The position numbers and the translations under genes are program-made. DNA of 64,000 nt, from NCBI GenBank assembly GCA_964386665.1, contig CAYLQP010000001.1, forward strand, positions 48,111 to 112,110, read 5' to 3'. The stretch is from an uncultured Candidatus Saccharibacteria bacterium (GTDB taxonomy: Bacteria; Patescibacteriota; Minisyncoccia; Phycocordibacterales; CAIRYW01). Below are positions 1-12,432 of this stretch, one piece after another (the first letter of the stretch is position 1; each line of letters opens with the position of its first letter). A model generated the notes under the pieces. It saw nothing but the letters and a program-made list of their open reading frames with translations, ran no database searches and was not told the DNA's origin.

Positions 1-85
1 TACACAATCGATCCTGAAACTAAAATGTTCTTTTTTTTCATTTGTATAATAGTAACATAATTTGTATAAAAAAACCGTCGGTGGA

Positions 86-496
86 TTACCGAGCGGCAGG
101 TTTATCAAGAGGAAAGAACATCATTGAAAAACTGGTTGTTGCCCCAAATGTGGAACATATCTTGAGAAGCTCCTTCCAACTAGACCAACTAGAGTTTTCT
201 GTAGACTGCTCTTCAATGATATTTTCCCAAAAAGTGAGAGAGCAGAACGCACATAGAACAGTCAGTACTAAAGTTAGTATATTCCACTGAATATACACTA
301 GTGCGATTTTCCACCACTGGTATTCATCTATTTGCCATCCGAGAAGGAGAGGAAAAGTGGCTAAAATCAGCACACCTCCTAAGTGGTAAAAATTACAGAA
401 CCACCTGAATGTTCTGATTGTCAGATTAACTCCTATTTCGCAAAGGAAATAAAGAATTAGGATGGGCCAAGTTACTGCGAATGTGCTCGGTGTCAT
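86..496 (-). CDS. hypothetical integral membrane protein (about 4 predicted TM segments)
   Basis: 136-aa ORF with strongly hydrophobic composition. The overlapping plus-strand ORF 42..290 looks less protein-like. No recognisable family. Confidence 0.35.
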   Translation of the reverse strand: MTPSTFAVTWPILILYFLCEIGVNLTIRTFRWFCNFYHLGGVLILATFPLLLGWQIDEYQWWKIALVYIQWNILTLVLTVLCAFCSLTFWENIIEEQSTENSSWSSWKELLKICSTFGATTSFSMMFFPLDKPAAR

Positions 497-544
497 TTGG
501 TTTCGGTTGGATTATTGTCCGTAGAGGATAATAGCATATTTTAC

Positions 545-585
545 AAAAAAACATATTCTCTCGGTGAGAATATGTCTTTTACTTT
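545..585. terminator. bidirectional intrinsic terminator (hairpin 551-575 acatattct/agaatatgt) after ahcY
   Basis: 9-bp perfect stem flanked by an A-run upstream and a T-run downstream. It sits 50 bp beyond the ahcY stop, between convergent genes. Confidence 0.5.
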
Positions 586-623
586 AATTACTGATTCTTG
601 AGGTTTAGGCTAACATCTAACAG

Positions 624-1892
<1,269 letters not shown>

Positions 1893-1938
1893 TTATTAGA
1901 GTAATGCTTTGAATCCTAACATATTTATCGATTAACCT

Positions 1939-2760
1939 CTACTTGAGATAGAGATTAATCTTACGTTTATGTTCTTCGTAGGTTTGTGAGCAGTAGATTT
2001 TTTTGTCTTTGTGGAAGTAGAAGAGACATTTGGTTTTAAGTGGGGTAAGCGCCGCTTCGATTGAAGCAAGACCTGGGTTAGCAATCGGGCTTGGTGGCAG
2101 TCCTACGTTTGTGTATGTGTTGTAAGGGGATTCGATTTGTTTATCGCTTGGAGTAACGTGCGGCCACCATTTGTTTTCTTCTGTTCCTTTTGCGTATTGT
2201 AGTGTTGCGTCCATTTGAAGCTTCATACCAAGATACAGTCGGTTCCAGATAACACCAGAAATGAGTCTCATATCGCTTTTGCCTCCTGTTTCTCTTTGGA
2301 TGATTGATGCAATAGTAAGTATTGATTCAAAATTCACATTTTTTTTGAGAGCTTCAGTCTTTAGATCTTCGAGTGTTGTATCAAATTTTTCTGCCATTTG
2401 GTTGCGCATGTCTGTTCCTGTGATTGTCTTGGACACAAGATAGACATCAGGGAAGTATTTACCTTCGTGTTTTCGATCTCGTAAGTAGTCGTATGCAAAG
2501 AAGTCTGATTTTTCTTTTTCATCCCACCCAAATCTTTTTTCAAAAATTGAGGCAATTTGTTCTTTACGATACCCTTCAGGAATCTTGACGTATGCAACTG
2601 TTGGGTTGGCAAGTGCTTCGTAGAATTCAAGATGTCGGAGATTATCGAATGCATCAAGAACGGTTGCTCCGATAGATTTGTTTTCTGCGTTTGAAATATA
2701 GAAACTATGAAAGACAATAACAGAGAAAATAATTAGCAAAAAAGTAAATATGCGTTTCAT
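1939..2760 (-). CDS. mltG: endolytic murein transglycosylase MltG (YceG-like)
   Basis: 273 aa. N-terminal signal/TM segment, YceG-like domain, and the conserved YNTY..GLPP.PI.NPG motif near the C-terminus. Confidence 0.85.
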   Translation of the reverse strand: MKRIFTFLLIIFSVIVFHSFYISNAENKSIGATVLDAFDNLRHLEFYEALANPTVAYVKIPEGYRKEQIASIFEKRFGWDEKEKSDFFAYDYLRDRKHEGKYFPDVYLVSKTITGTDMRNQMAEKFDTTLEDLKTEALKKNVNFESILTIASIIQRETGGKSDMRLISGVIWNRLYLGMKLQMDATLQYAKGTEENKWWPHVTPSDKQIESPYNTYTNVGLPPSPIANPGLASIEAALTPLKTKCLFYFHKDKKIYCSQTYEEHKRKINLYLK

Positions 2761-2890
2761 CTTTCTATTCTAACAAGTATTTCAAAAAAATACATACCTA
2801 TGATATATTGATGAGAAATTAGGGGTGAGGCTTTAGGGATGAACAAAAAAAGCTAATGCCTAATTAACTTATAATCAATAAATAATATAT

Positions 2891-3124
2891 ATGGGATTTG
2901 GAAATTTTGTAATGAAAAAAGTGCTTGCTTCGAAACTTAAAGATGTTCCTAAAGAACAACAAGAGATGATTTTTGCGATGATCGAAAAGAACCCGGAGTT
3001 GTTCCAAAAAATTGCACTTGAAGCACAAGAAAAAATAAAAGGAGGTATGGATCAAATGGCTGCAATGCAACAAGTGATGATGAAGTATCAAAACGAGCTT
3101 AAGGAAGCAATGGGGAAGAAGTAA
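2891..3124 (+). CDS. small helical hypothetical protein (Lys/Glu/Met-rich)
   Basis: 77-aa ORF (alternative start at 2912). A weak hairpin plus T-run lies downstream at 3145-3180. No family recognised. Confidence 0.3.
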   Translation: MGFGNFVMKKVLASKLKDVPKEQQEMIFAMIEKNPELFQKIALEAQEKIKGGMDQMAAMQQVMMKYQNELKEAMGKK

Positions 3125-3198
3125 TAAGAAAATATTTTTTATAAAAATACCCCTATCGTGAATAGAACACAGGGGCTTTTGGTTTCTAGGTGGTGGGT

Positions 3199-3456
3199 TT
3201 AGGATTCATCATCATCATCGTCACTTATCCCTCCCCATGCCATAAAGAGGGCGAACAGAACCACACTTCCAATCAAAGAAAATGCGCAGATGTGGGGAGA
3301 GTAGCTAGTAACTACTACTTCCTTCACGTGCTCTTGGTAGACTCTGACCCAACCAAGGATCACAAGAACACCAAGGATGATGATGGCTAGAAGAAGTTTC
3401 CAGAATGGTTTCATTTTTTTTGGCTTTGTGAAAAAGGGACTTTTTATAACTGACAA
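3199..3456 (-). CDS. small membrane protein with poly-Asp C-terminal tail
   Basis: Two hydrophobic helices followed by DDDDDES. The likely true start is the ATG at 3414 (MKPFWK...), giving 71 aa. Confidence 0.4.
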   Translation of the reverse strand: MSVIKSPFFTKPKKMKPFWKLLLAIIILGVLVILGWVRVYQEHVKEVVVTSYSPHICAFSLIGSVVLFALFMAWGGISDDDDDES

Positions 3457-3717
3457 TAAACATATAAGAATATTTACATACTGTCAAGATTGTGCTATAC
3501 TCGAAAGACGTGTAGAATCACGCGTACATAGGCCTTGATTGAGTTTCGGATGCAAGCTGAAAAAAGAGATCCTTCTTGTCTGTCGGAAGCAAGAAGATTA
3601 ATAACAAGCTTTATAAGAATCTTGCACATCTTACCCTAAAGCAAAAATATACGTCCCCTCATTTTATGTGGGCGCTTTTTTGTTTTTATGATGTTTGAGA
3701 GTTAATTTTAATACGTT

Positions 3718-6700
3718 ATGTCGAAAGTGAAACACCACACCCTCGCACATTCTTCAACACTTGGAGAATCTGCAAACACAAAGAATAAGAAGTATTTTGC
3801 GAAGTACAAAGAGCCTCTTGCACCACTTCCAAACTTAATTGAAGGTCAGTTGAATTCTTTTAAATGGCTTGTAAAAGCAGGTTTAAAAGAAGTGTTTGAT
3901 GAATATACTAAGATTGCGGACTATTCAGGAAAGAAATTTGAATTTTCTTTTGGGTCTTTTGAGCTTGGAACCCCTAAGTACGACGCTCGCTTTGCAATGG
4001 AAAACAAAATCAACTTTGAGGCTCCTCTTAAGGTGATGGTGAAGTTAAAGAACAAGATTCTTTCGACTGAAAAAGAACAAGAAGTGTTTCTTGCTGATTT
4101 CCCAGTTATGACTGAGAACGGAACATTTATCATCAATGGTATTGAGCGAGTAATTGTTCCACAGCTTGCGCGATCATTTGGAGTTTTCTTTACTTCAAGT
4201 GAATCAAAAGGAATAAACTTGTTTGGAGCAAAGGTGATTCCGGCACGAGGGGCATGGGTAGAGATTGAAACTGATTCCGATGGAGCGCTTTATGTTCGAA
4301 TCGATCGAAAGCGAAAATTCCCAGTTTCTCTTCTTCTTCGAGCGTTTGGGGCAAAAGATAACGAAGCGATGCTTAGTGCATTTAATGGAGAACCGCAAGC
4401 AAAGAAGTATATGGAAGCAACTCTTGCTAAAGATTCATTCAAAACAGCAGAAGAATCATTTATGGAAATCCATAAACGACTTCGAGATGGGGATCTTGCA
4501 AATGCAGACAATGCAAAAGAATTCGTAACAGGACTCTTTGATGGAGAGCGATACGACCTTTCTCCTGTTGGGCGACACCGATTCAATAAACGATTTAACA
4601 AAAGCATGGATCCAAAGGAGCTTGCACGTAAAACGCTTTCTTTGGACGATCTTAATACTATTATTATTCACTTGGCGCACCTTAACTCTGATGTTGATGC
4701 GATTCCAGATGATATTGACCACCTTGGAAGTAGACGAGTTCGATATGTTGGAGAACTTATCCAGCAAAAACTTCGTGTTGGTATGACACAAATCAAACGA
4801 AACATTCAAAACCGAATGTCGACTATTGATACTGATGCAACTCTTCCTGTGCAGTTTATTTCTCCACGACCGATGCAAGCTCGAATCAAAGAGTTCTTCA
4901 CAACCAACCAGCTTTCTCAGTTTATGCAACAAGAAAACGTGTTGACTGAGCTCGAGCATCTTCGAACAGTTTCAGCTCTTGGTCCTGGAGGACTTACTCG
5001 AGAACGAGCGGGACTTGAAGTGCGAGATGTGCACGCTTCTCACTACGGAAGAATTTGTCCAATCCATACTCCAGAAGGTCCAAACATTGGACTTGTGCTT
5101 CACCTTGCTTCATATGCAAAGATAAACGACTTTGGAATGATTGAAGCTCCATTTGCGAAAGTAAAGAATGGAAAAATCACAAAAGAGGTTGAATATATGA
5201 ACGCACTCGAAGAAGAAAACTATATTATCGCCCACGCGGGAACAAATTATGATAAATCTGGAAACATCGTTGGTGAAGTAGTAGAGGTTCGAGTGAAGGG
5301 TCGTCCGATGATGGTTGCCCGAGACCAAGTACAATATATCGACGTTGCAACTAACGAAGCATTCTCTATTGCAACTTCAATGATTCCATTCCTTAACCAC
5401 GATGAGGCAAACCGAGCATTGATGGCAAGTAATATGCAGAAACAAGCAACTCCTTGTGTGATTGCTGAGGCACCTCTTGTTGCAACTGGTGTTGAACGAC
5501 AAGCGGCAAACGATATTTGTCGAGTGATTCAAGCTACTGAAGATGGTGTGGTGACATATGTTGACGGAAAGAAAATCAAAGTTAAATACGGAAAAACAGA
5601 AACAGAATATTTGCTTTCTCAATTCTCTCGAACAAACCAATTTACTGCGTTCCATCAACGTCCACAAGTTCGTGTTGGAGATGAGGTGAAGGCGGGAACT
5701 GTACTTGCAGATGCATCAACAACTGTGAATGGTGAAATGGCGCTTGGGCAAAACTGTCTTGTTGCCTTTATGACATGGCAAGGTCAAAACTATGAAGATG
5801 CGATTGTGCTTTCTCAAAGACTTGTAAAAGATAGTAAATTTACTTCTATTCATATTGAAGAGTTTGTTGTAAACGTACGTGACACAAAACTAGGGCCTGA
5901 AATTACTACTCACGATATTCCAAACGTAGGAGAAAACAAACTCAAAAACCTTGATGAAGACGGAATCATCCGAATTGGTGCTGAAGTGCGTCCTGGAGAT
6001 ATCCTTGTTGGAAAAATTACTCCAAAAGGTGAAACTCAACTTACTCCAGAAGAAAGACTACTTCGATCTATCTTTGGTGAAAAATCTCGAGATGTAAAAG
6101 ATTCTTCAAAGAGAATGGAAAACGGAAAACGTGGACGAATTATTTCTGTAAAAGTATTTTCACGAGAAAAAGGAGATAAGCTCGAAAGTGGAATTATCAA
6201 GCGAATTCACATTGAAGTAGCGCAACTTCGAAACGTATCAGTGGGAGACAAACTTGCTGGACGACACGGAAACAAAGGAGTTATCTCTGTTGTACTTCCT
6301 GAAGAAGATATGCCATATATGCCAGATGGAACTCCAGTTGATGTAGTACTTACTCCGCTTGGTGTACCTTCACGTATGAACCTCGGACAGATTCTTGAAC
6401 TTCACCTCGGACTTGCAGCTCATTCACTTGATTATCAAGCGATTGTACCACCGTTTGCTGGAGCAACAGATGTTGAAATCAAGGATGAACTTAAGAAGGC
6501 TGGATTTAATGAAAACGGAAAGATGACGCTCTTTGATGGACGAACCGGAGAAGCGTTCGAGCAAGATATTTCTGTTGGATATATGTATATCTTGAAGCTT
6601 CATCACATGGTGGAAGACAAGATTCATATGCGATCAATTGGACCTTACTCTCTTATTACTCAACAACCACTTGGAGGAAAAGCTCAAGGTGGAGGACAGC

Positions 6701-6966
6701 GATTTGGAGAAATGGAAGTGTGGGCCCTGTTGGGACACGGTGTGGCATATATGCTTCGAGAAATGCTTACAGTAAAATCTGATGATATTGCGGGACGATC
6801 AGCAACGTTTGATTCTATTGTACGAGGAGAGCGAATCAAGGCACCAAACTCACCTGCATCATTTAATGTATTGCTTGCAAACATTAGAGGATTGGGACTT
6901 GATATTAGTTTAGATCGGTCGAATTCTATTAACGGAGAACAAGATGACGCACCTACAACTGTGTAG
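3718..6966 (+). CDS. rpoB: DNA-directed RNA polymerase subunit beta
   Basis: 1082 aa. Conserved RpoB blocks across the whole length. Shorter than E. coli RpoB (lineage-specific insertions absent). Confidence 0.97.
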   Translation: MSKVKHHTLAHSSTLGESANTKNKKYFAKYKEPLAPLPNLIEGQLNSFKWLVKAGLKEVFDEYTKIADYSGKKFEFSFGSFELGTPKYDARFAMENKINFEAPLKVMVKLKNKILSTEKEQEVFLADFPVMTENGTFIINGIERVIVPQLARSFGVFFTSSESKGINLFGAKVIPARGAWVEIETDSDGALYVRIDRKRKFPVSLLLRAFGAKDNEAMLSAFNGEPQAKKYMEATLAKDSFKTAEESFMEIHKRLRDGDLANADNAKEFVTGLFDGERYDLSPVGRHRFNKRFNKSMDPKELARKTLSLDDLNTIIIHLAHLNSDVDAIPDDIDHLGSRRVRYVGELIQQKLRVGMTQIKRNIQNRMSTIDTDATLPVQFISPRPMQARIKEFFTTNQLSQFMQQENVLTELEHLRTVSALGPGGLTRERAGLEVRDVHASHYGRICPIHTPEGPNIGLVLHLASYAKINDFGMIEAPFAKVKNGKITKEVEYMNALEEENYIIAHAGTNYDKSGNIVGEVVEVRVKGRPMMVARDQVQYIDVATNEAFSIATSMIPFLNHDEANRALMASNMQKQATPCVIAEAPLVATGVERQAANDICRVIQATEDGVVTYVDGKKIKVKYGKTETEYLLSQFSRTNQFTAFHQRPQVRVGDEVKAGTVLADASTTVNGEMALGQNCLVAFMTWQGQNYEDAIVLSQRLVKDSKFTSIHIEEFVVNVRDTKLGPEITTHDIPNVGENKLKNLDEDGIIRIGAEVRPGDILVGKITPKGETQLTPEERLLRSIFGEKSRDVKDSSKRMENGKRGRIISVKVFSREKGDKLESGIIKRIHIEVAQLRNVSVGDKLAGRHGNKGVISVVLPEEDMPYMPDGTPVDVVLTPLGVPSRMNLGQILELHLGLAAHSLDYQAIVPPFAGATDVEIKDELKKAGFNENGKMTLFDGRTGEAFEQDISVGYMYILKLHHMVEDKIHMRSIGPYSLITQQPLGGKAQGGGQRFGEMEVWALLGHGVAYMLREMLTVKSDDIAGRSATFDSIVRGERIKAPNSPASFNVLLANIRGLGLDISLDRSNSINGEQDDAPTTV

Positions 6967-7005
6967 TTTGTATCATCTATCTTTACATCTTTAATTTAAA
7001 ACACT

Positions 7006-10000
7006 ATGTATAAAAAAAGAGAAAGAAATCAATTTGATGAAATTTCAATCAAAGTTGCATCCCCTGATAGAATTCGAGAATGGTCATTTGGAGAAGTAAC
7101 AAAACCTGAGACGATGAACTATCGAACTCAGCGAAGTGAAAAGAACGGTCTGTTCGATGAAAAAATCTTTGGACCTGACAAAGACTTCGAATGTTACTGT
7201 GGAAAGTATAAAGGAATCCGATACAAAGGAATTATTTGTGAAAAATGTGGTGTTGAAATCACACGATCAGTTGTACGACGAGAAAGAATGGGGCATATTG
7301 AACTTGCAACTCCTGTTGCACATATATGGTTTCTTAGATCTATGCCTTCTCGAATCAGCCTTCTTCTTGGACTTCAATCAAGTGAAGTAGAAAAAGTAGT
7401 GTACTTTGCTGGGTATTTGATCACAAAGGTAAACGAAGGAGAACGAGAACGAGTGCTCAATGACTTGGATTCAGAATTTAAAGCAAAGATTAAAACAGTT
7501 ACTGATGACAAGACTAAAGATGCGATTCGAGATCTTCTTGTTACTACAAAAAATGAAATCGAAAGTATCAAAGCTGGAAAAGTACTTGATGAAGTAAAGT
7601 ATCACAAATTCTCAATTAAATACGGAACAATCTTTGAGGCGTCAATTGGAGCTGAGGCGATTTACAATATCTTCAAGACAATTGATCTCAAGAAGTTAAC
7701 AGAAACTCTTGAGGCAGACCTTGAAAAGGCAAGTTCACTTGATAAAGAAAAAATTAACAAACGACTTGGAATTGTAAAATCAATGCTTGAGTCTGGTATT
7801 CGACCTGAATGGATGTTTTTGACTGCGATTCCTGTGATTCCTGCAGCACTTCGTCCTATGGTTGCTCTTGATGGAGGACGTCACGCTACTTCAGATGTAA
7901 ACGATCTTTACCGACGAGTGATCAATCGAAACAACCGATTGAAGAAACTCAAAGAAATATTTGCACCAGATGTAATCCTTCGAAACGAAAAACGAATCTT
8001 GCAAGAAGCAGTTGATGCGCTTGTTGATAACTCTATTCGACACGGAAACGCTTCATTTGCAGGAGTAAATCAAGCACAACGACGACCGCTTAAATCGCTT
8101 GCTGATAACCTCAAAGGAAAACGAGGATTGTTTAGACAAAACCTTCTTGGAAAACGAGTAGACTACTCTGGACGATCGGTGATTGTAGTAGGTCCTGAAC
8201 TTGATCTTGCTGAATGTGGACTTCCAAAACATATGGCTCTTGAATTATTCAGACCGTTTGTAATTTCTCAAATTCTTGCAAAAGAGCTCGCGTATAACAT
8301 TCGAGGAGCATCAAAACTTATTGATGAAGGAATTCCTGAGGTATGGGCAATTCTTGAAAAAGTAATTCAAGGAAAATACGTTCTTCTTAACCGAGCACCA
8401 ACACTTCACCGACTAGGTATTCAAGCTTTCAAACCTATCCTTATTGAAGGAAATGCGATTCGAGTTCACCCACTTGTGTGTGCGGCGTTTAACGCGGACT
8501 TCGACGGAGACCAAATGGCGGTTCACGTACCTCTTTCTGAAGAAGCACAAACAGAAGCACGGGAGATTATGGCATCTGATAAAAACATCTTGAAACCAGG
8601 AAGTGGAAACCTTATTGCTTCAGTTGATCGACTCGATATGGTACTTGGATGTTTCTGGATGACATCAGTGATTGCAGGAGAAAAAGGAGAAGGAAAAATA
8701 TTTGGCTCTACTTCAGATGCGGTGCTTGCTCATTCATTTGGTGAACTTTCTTTCCGAGCAAAGATTACAGTTCTCCCTGGAGCGGAAGAGAAGTTTAAGG
8801 AATTTGAAGGAAAAGCGTTTGAAACTTCGCTTGGACGACTTCTCTTTAATGAACTCTTGCCAGAAGATTACACATTTATCAACAAAGAGGTGGATAAAAA
8901 AGTAATGGCAGGAATTATGTCTGAACTTACTTCTAAATACGGAATCGAAAAACTTCCAATCACTCTTGACCGAATCAAGAACTTTGGTTTCAAATACGCA
9001 ACAGTATCTGGAGTAACATGGGGAATTGATGATATTCAAGTGCCACAAGAAAAATACACAATCATTGACGGTGCAAAGAAAAAATCAGAAGAAGTAGTAA
9101 GTCAATATAACGATGGACTTCTTTCAGAAGATGAACGCAACCGAAAAAATATTGAAATCTGGCACGCAGTGAAAGCGCAAGTAGAAAAAACAGTTCTTGA
9201 AAGTCTTGATAAGCAAGGATCGGTGTATACAATGTGGAAATCTGGAGCTCGAGGATCTGCATCTCAAATTACGCAAATGGCAGGTATGAAAGGACTTATT
9301 CAAAACGCGACTGGAGAAACACTTGAACTTCCAATCCTTTCATCAACAAAAGAAGGATTTAACCCAATTGAATACTTCGTAAACACTCACGGTTCTCGAA
9401 AAGGTCTTACGGACACTGCCCTTAACACCGCAAAAGCTGGATACCTTACTCGACGACTCTTCGTATCTGCACAAGATGTGATTATCACAGAAATGGATTG
9501 TGGAACTAAAGAAGGTATTATGCTCCGAAAGGAAACTGCTTCTGGAATCGAAACTCCAATTTCAAAGATTGTGAAAGGGCGAGTATTGGCAACTGACGTA
9601 ACAACAAAAGATGGTTCTGTATTATTCAAGAAAAACCATATGCTTACAAACGAAGATGCACTTGCACTTGAAAAAGCTGGTGTAGAAGAAGCATTTGTTC
9701 GAAGTCCTTTGACTTGTAAAACACTTCGAGGAATGTGTGCACATTGTTACGGATTAGATCTTGGAAAAAACAAACTAATTGACTTGGGAGAAGCAGTGGG
9801 AACAGTTGCTGCTCAAGCGATTGGAGAACCTGGAACGCAGCTTACAATGAACACAAAGCACGCCGGAGGAGCATCGTCAGCTGGAGGAGACGTTACACAA
9901 GGACTTCCTCGAGTAGAAGAAGTATTTGAAAAACGAGCACCAAAAAATCCTGCTGCAGTTGCAACATATGATGGAGTTGTTACAGAAATTAAAGAAGAAG

Positions 10001-10680
10001 GAAAATACAAACTTATTGCGATTGCTCCAGATTCAGGAGAAAAATCAAAATCAAAAGCCAAGAAAGATGCGTACGTATATGAAGTGTATCGAGGACGTGT
10101 ACCTTTGGTGAAGGTGGGAGAATCAGTTACAAAAGGACAAGTTCTTACTGATGGATCAGTAAATATTGATGACCTATTCAAATATGCTGGTAAAGAGGTG
10201 ACTGGAGAATATATTATTTCTGAAATTAAGAAACTGTATGAACTTCAAGGAGAGCCGGTAAACCGAAAACACATTGAACTTATTGTTAAGCAAATGTTCT
10301 CTCGGGTGAAAATTAAGTCAGCAGGAGGAACTGTGTTTGCAGTAGGAGATGTGGTGGAATGGCAAGAATTCTTCGACCAAAACGAAAAAGCAAAGAAAGA
10401 AGGTCTTGAAGAATCGAAGTCAGAATCAATCGCACTTGGAATCACTGAAGTATCACTTTCACGAAAGAGTTTCCTTTCTGCGGCATCATTCCAACACACA
10501 ACTCGAGTACTTATTTCTTCAGCAGTGGAAGGATCAAAAGATACACTTACAGGACTTATGGAAAACGTTATCCTTGGACGACTTATTCCAGCAGGAAGTG
10601 GATTTAAAGGAAGTCAAAAAGCAGAAATCATCTCAAAGCTTCAAGAAACATTTGAAGATAACACAGAATCAAATTATTAA
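7006..10680 (+). CDS. rpoC: DNA-directed RNA polymerase subunit beta-prime
   Basis: 1224 aa. N-terminal zinc-binding Cys cluster (CYCGKYKG...CEKCGVE), the NADFDGD catalytic motif, the bridge helix and the trigger loop are all present. Confidence 0.97.
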   Translation: MYKKRERNQFDEISIKVASPDRIREWSFGEVTKPETMNYRTQRSEKNGLFDEKIFGPDKDFECYCGKYKGIRYKGIICEKCGVEITRSVVRRERMGHIELATPVAHIWFLRSMPSRISLLLGLQSSEVEKVVYFAGYLITKVNEGERERVLNDLDSEFKAKIKTVTDDKTKDAIRDLLVTTKNEIESIKAGKVLDEVKYHKFSIKYGTIFEASIGAEAIYNIFKTIDLKKLTETLEADLEKASSLDKEKINKRLGIVKSMLESGIRPEWMFLTAIPVIPAALRPMVALDGGRHATSDVNDLYRRVINRNNRLKKLKEIFAPDVILRNEKRILQEAVDALVDNSIRHGNASFAGVNQAQRRPLKSLADNLKGKRGLFRQNLLGKRVDYSGRSVIVVGPELDLAECGLPKHMALELFRPFVISQILAKELAYNIRGASKLIDEGIPEVWAILEKVIQGKYVLLNRAPTLHRLGIQAFKPILIEGNAIRVHPLVCAAFNADFDGDQMAVHVPLSEEAQTEAREIMASDKNILKPGSGNLIASVDRLDMVLGCFWMTSVIAGEKGEGKIFGSTSDAVLAHSFGELSFRAKITVLPGAEEKFKEFEGKAFETSLGRLLFNELLPEDYTFINKEVDKKVMAGIMSELTSKYGIEKLPITLDRIKNFGFKYATVSGVTWGIDDIQVPQEKYTIIDGAKKKSEEVVSQYNDGLLSEDERNRKNIEIWHAVKAQVEKTVLESLDKQGSVYTMWKSGARGSASQITQMAGMKGLIQNATGETLELPILSSTKEGFNPIEYFVNTHGSRKGLTDTALNTAKAGYLTRRLFVSAQDVIITEMDCGTKEGIMLRKETASGIETPISKIVKGRVLATDVTTKDGSVLFKKNHMLTNEDALALEKAGVEEAFVRSPLTCKTLRGMCAHCYGLDLGKNKLIDLGEAVGTVAAQAIGEPGTQLTMNTKHAGGASSAGGDVTQGLPRVEEVFEKRAPKNPAAVATYDGVVTEIKEEGKYKLIAIAPDSGEKSKSKAKKDAYVYEVYRGRVPLVKVGESVTKGQVLTDGSVNIDDLFKYAGKEVTGEYIISEIKKLYELQGEPVNRKHIELIVKQMFSRVKIKSAGGTVFAVGDVVEWQEFFDQNEKAKKEGLEESKSESIALGITEVSLSRKSFLSAASFQHTTRVLISSAVEGSKDTLTGLMENVILGRLIPAGSGFKGSQKAEIISKLQETFEDNTESNY

Positions 10681-10729
10681 TAACTATGGGAACAAGGAGA
10701 AGTATGTCACTTCTCCTTTACCATAATCT

Positions 10730-12421
10730 ATGTCATCTACAACAGAGAAAATAAAAGATCGGTTATCGATTGTCGACGTTCTCTCAAGTTACATTACGAT
10801 AGAAAAAGCTGGGGGAAGTCTCAAAGCACGGTGTCCTTTTCACAACGAAAAGACCCCTTCCTTTTTCATCTCGCCTGAGCGTAATACATACTATTGTTTT
10901 GGATGTGGAGTAAAAGGAGATATCTTTTCTTTTGTGCAAGAATTCGAACATTTGGATTTCTTGGGTGCATTGAAACTACTTGCAGAGCGTGCAGGAGTAG
11001 AAATAGAATCCTTCAAAGGAGGAGAGTTAGATACAAAAAAAAGAGTATTTGATTGTCTTGAAGAGGCAACAGTATTTTTTCAACAAAAACTTAAGGGTCA
11101 AACCGAAGCGCTCTTGTATCTAAAAAAACGAAGTCTTTCTATTGAAACTGTTCGCGATTGGCGTATAGGATTTGCTCCTGATGACTGGTATATACTTGGA
11201 GATCACTTAAAACAAAAAGGATTTACAGAAAAAGAAATCGAAAATGCCGGACTTATCAAACAAGGTGAAAAGGGGAGACCATACGCACGGTTTCGTGGAC
11301 GAATAATGTTTCCTATCTTTGATGGTTCGGGACGGGTGGTTGCATTTTCAGGAAGAATCTTGTCAAAGACGAGCGAAGAAGCAAAATATATTAACTCACC
11401 AGAAACACCTGTATTTGAAAAATCAAAAGTGTTGTTTGGATACCATAAGGCAAAAAAAGGAATACGTGAAAAAGGATTTGCTCTCTTGGTAGAAGGACAA
11501 ATGGATTTACTCTTAAGTCACGAAAAAGGGTTCGACAACACACTTGCTTCTTCAGGAACTGCGTTTACTTTCGAACAAGCTGAGATTATTAAGCGGCTCA
11601 CTGACGTGCTTTATATTGCGTACGATGCAGATAAAGCGGGACAAAATGCTGCCTTCCGGGCGTGGATCTTGGCACTTAAAGCAGGTCTTGAAGTGAAAGC
11701 AGTGTACTTGCCCGATGGACTTGATCCAGCTGATGCAATTGCCCGTGACCCACAGATTTGGGTTGATGCTGTCTCAAACGCAAAACATATTATTGAGTAT
11801 TATATCGAACTGCTTGATGGAGATGATAAAAAAAGAAATAACGAAATCTTGCGTGAAAAAATCTTCCCGCTTGTAAAGTCTCTTGCTAGTTCAATAGATG
11901 AAGCAAGATGGCTTCAGGTAGTTTCTGGGAAAACAGGTCTCCCTGAAAGTGCTCTTCGTCAGGAGTTAGCAAAGATAAAAGAAATGTCTTTCGATGGAGA
12001 GGAGCATATAGCCCATACACCACAAAAAACAACTATCGATATTCCTGCAAAAAAAGCATTGATGCTCTTGTGGATTTTGAAGGAAAAGCAAAGTGAAGCG
12101 TATGAAAGCTTCAAAGAAAAACTCAGTGATCTTTTACCTCATTTAGAGACGCTTGAGGCAGAGTTACAAAAAGAAAAAGAAGCACTTTTGTTTGAAGCTC
12201 AGATGCATTACGCAAATTCTCCCAATATGAATCAGTTACTCAAGGAGACTTTGTATCTACTTGAGGAAGATGGCTTAAAGCAAAAGTTTGCAGAATCAAT
12301 GGAAAAACTAAAGAGAGCCGAAAATGTTCAGGATACAGAATCTATCGAAAGAGAAACAAAACGATGTCACGATCTATCACTTCTTTTATCAACATTACGC
12401 CAAAAATATTTTAATAACTAA
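10730..12421 (+). CDS. dnaG: DNA primase
   Basis: 563 aa. Zinc-ribbon CPFHNEKTPSF...CFGCG followed by a TOPRIM core (EGQMD). Starts 49 bp after the rpoC stop. Confidence 0.9.
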   Translation: MSSTTEKIKDRLSIVDVLSSYITIEKAGGSLKARCPFHNEKTPSFFISPERNTYYCFGCGVKGDIFSFVQEFEHLDFLGALKLLAERAGVEIESFKGGELDTKKRVFDCLEEATVFFQQKLKGQTEALLYLKKRSLSIETVRDWRIGFAPDDWYILGDHLKQKGFTEKEIENAGLIKQGEKGRPYARFRGRIMFPIFDGSGRVVAFSGRILSKTSEEAKYINSPETPVFEKSKVLFGYHKAKKGIREKGFALLVEGQMDLLLSHEKGFDNTLASSGTAFTFEQAEIIKRLTDVLYIAYDADKAGQNAAFRAWILALKAGLEVKAVYLPDGLDPADAIARDPQIWVDAVSNAKHIIEYYIELLDGDDKKRNNEILREKIFPLVKSLASSIDEARWLQVVSGKTGLPESALRQELAKIKEMSFDGEEHIAHTPQKTTIDIPAKKALMLLWILKEKQSEAYESFKEKLSDLLPHLETLEAELQKEKEALLFEAQMHYANSPNMNQLLKETLYLLEEDGLKQKFAESMEKLKRAENVQDTESIERETKRCHDLSLLLSTLRQKYFNN

Positions 12422-12432
12422 TTTGAAACACC

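Noticed and set aside
42-290. 82-aa plus-strand ORF at the window start
   Set aside because: It overlaps the more protein-like hydrophobic minus-strand ORF 86..496. There is no supporting signal.
3921-10499. Numerous antisense ORFs of 60-170 aa inside rpoB and rpoC
   Set aside because: They are embedded in highly conserved, confidently called genes on the opposite strand or in other frames. No independent support exists.
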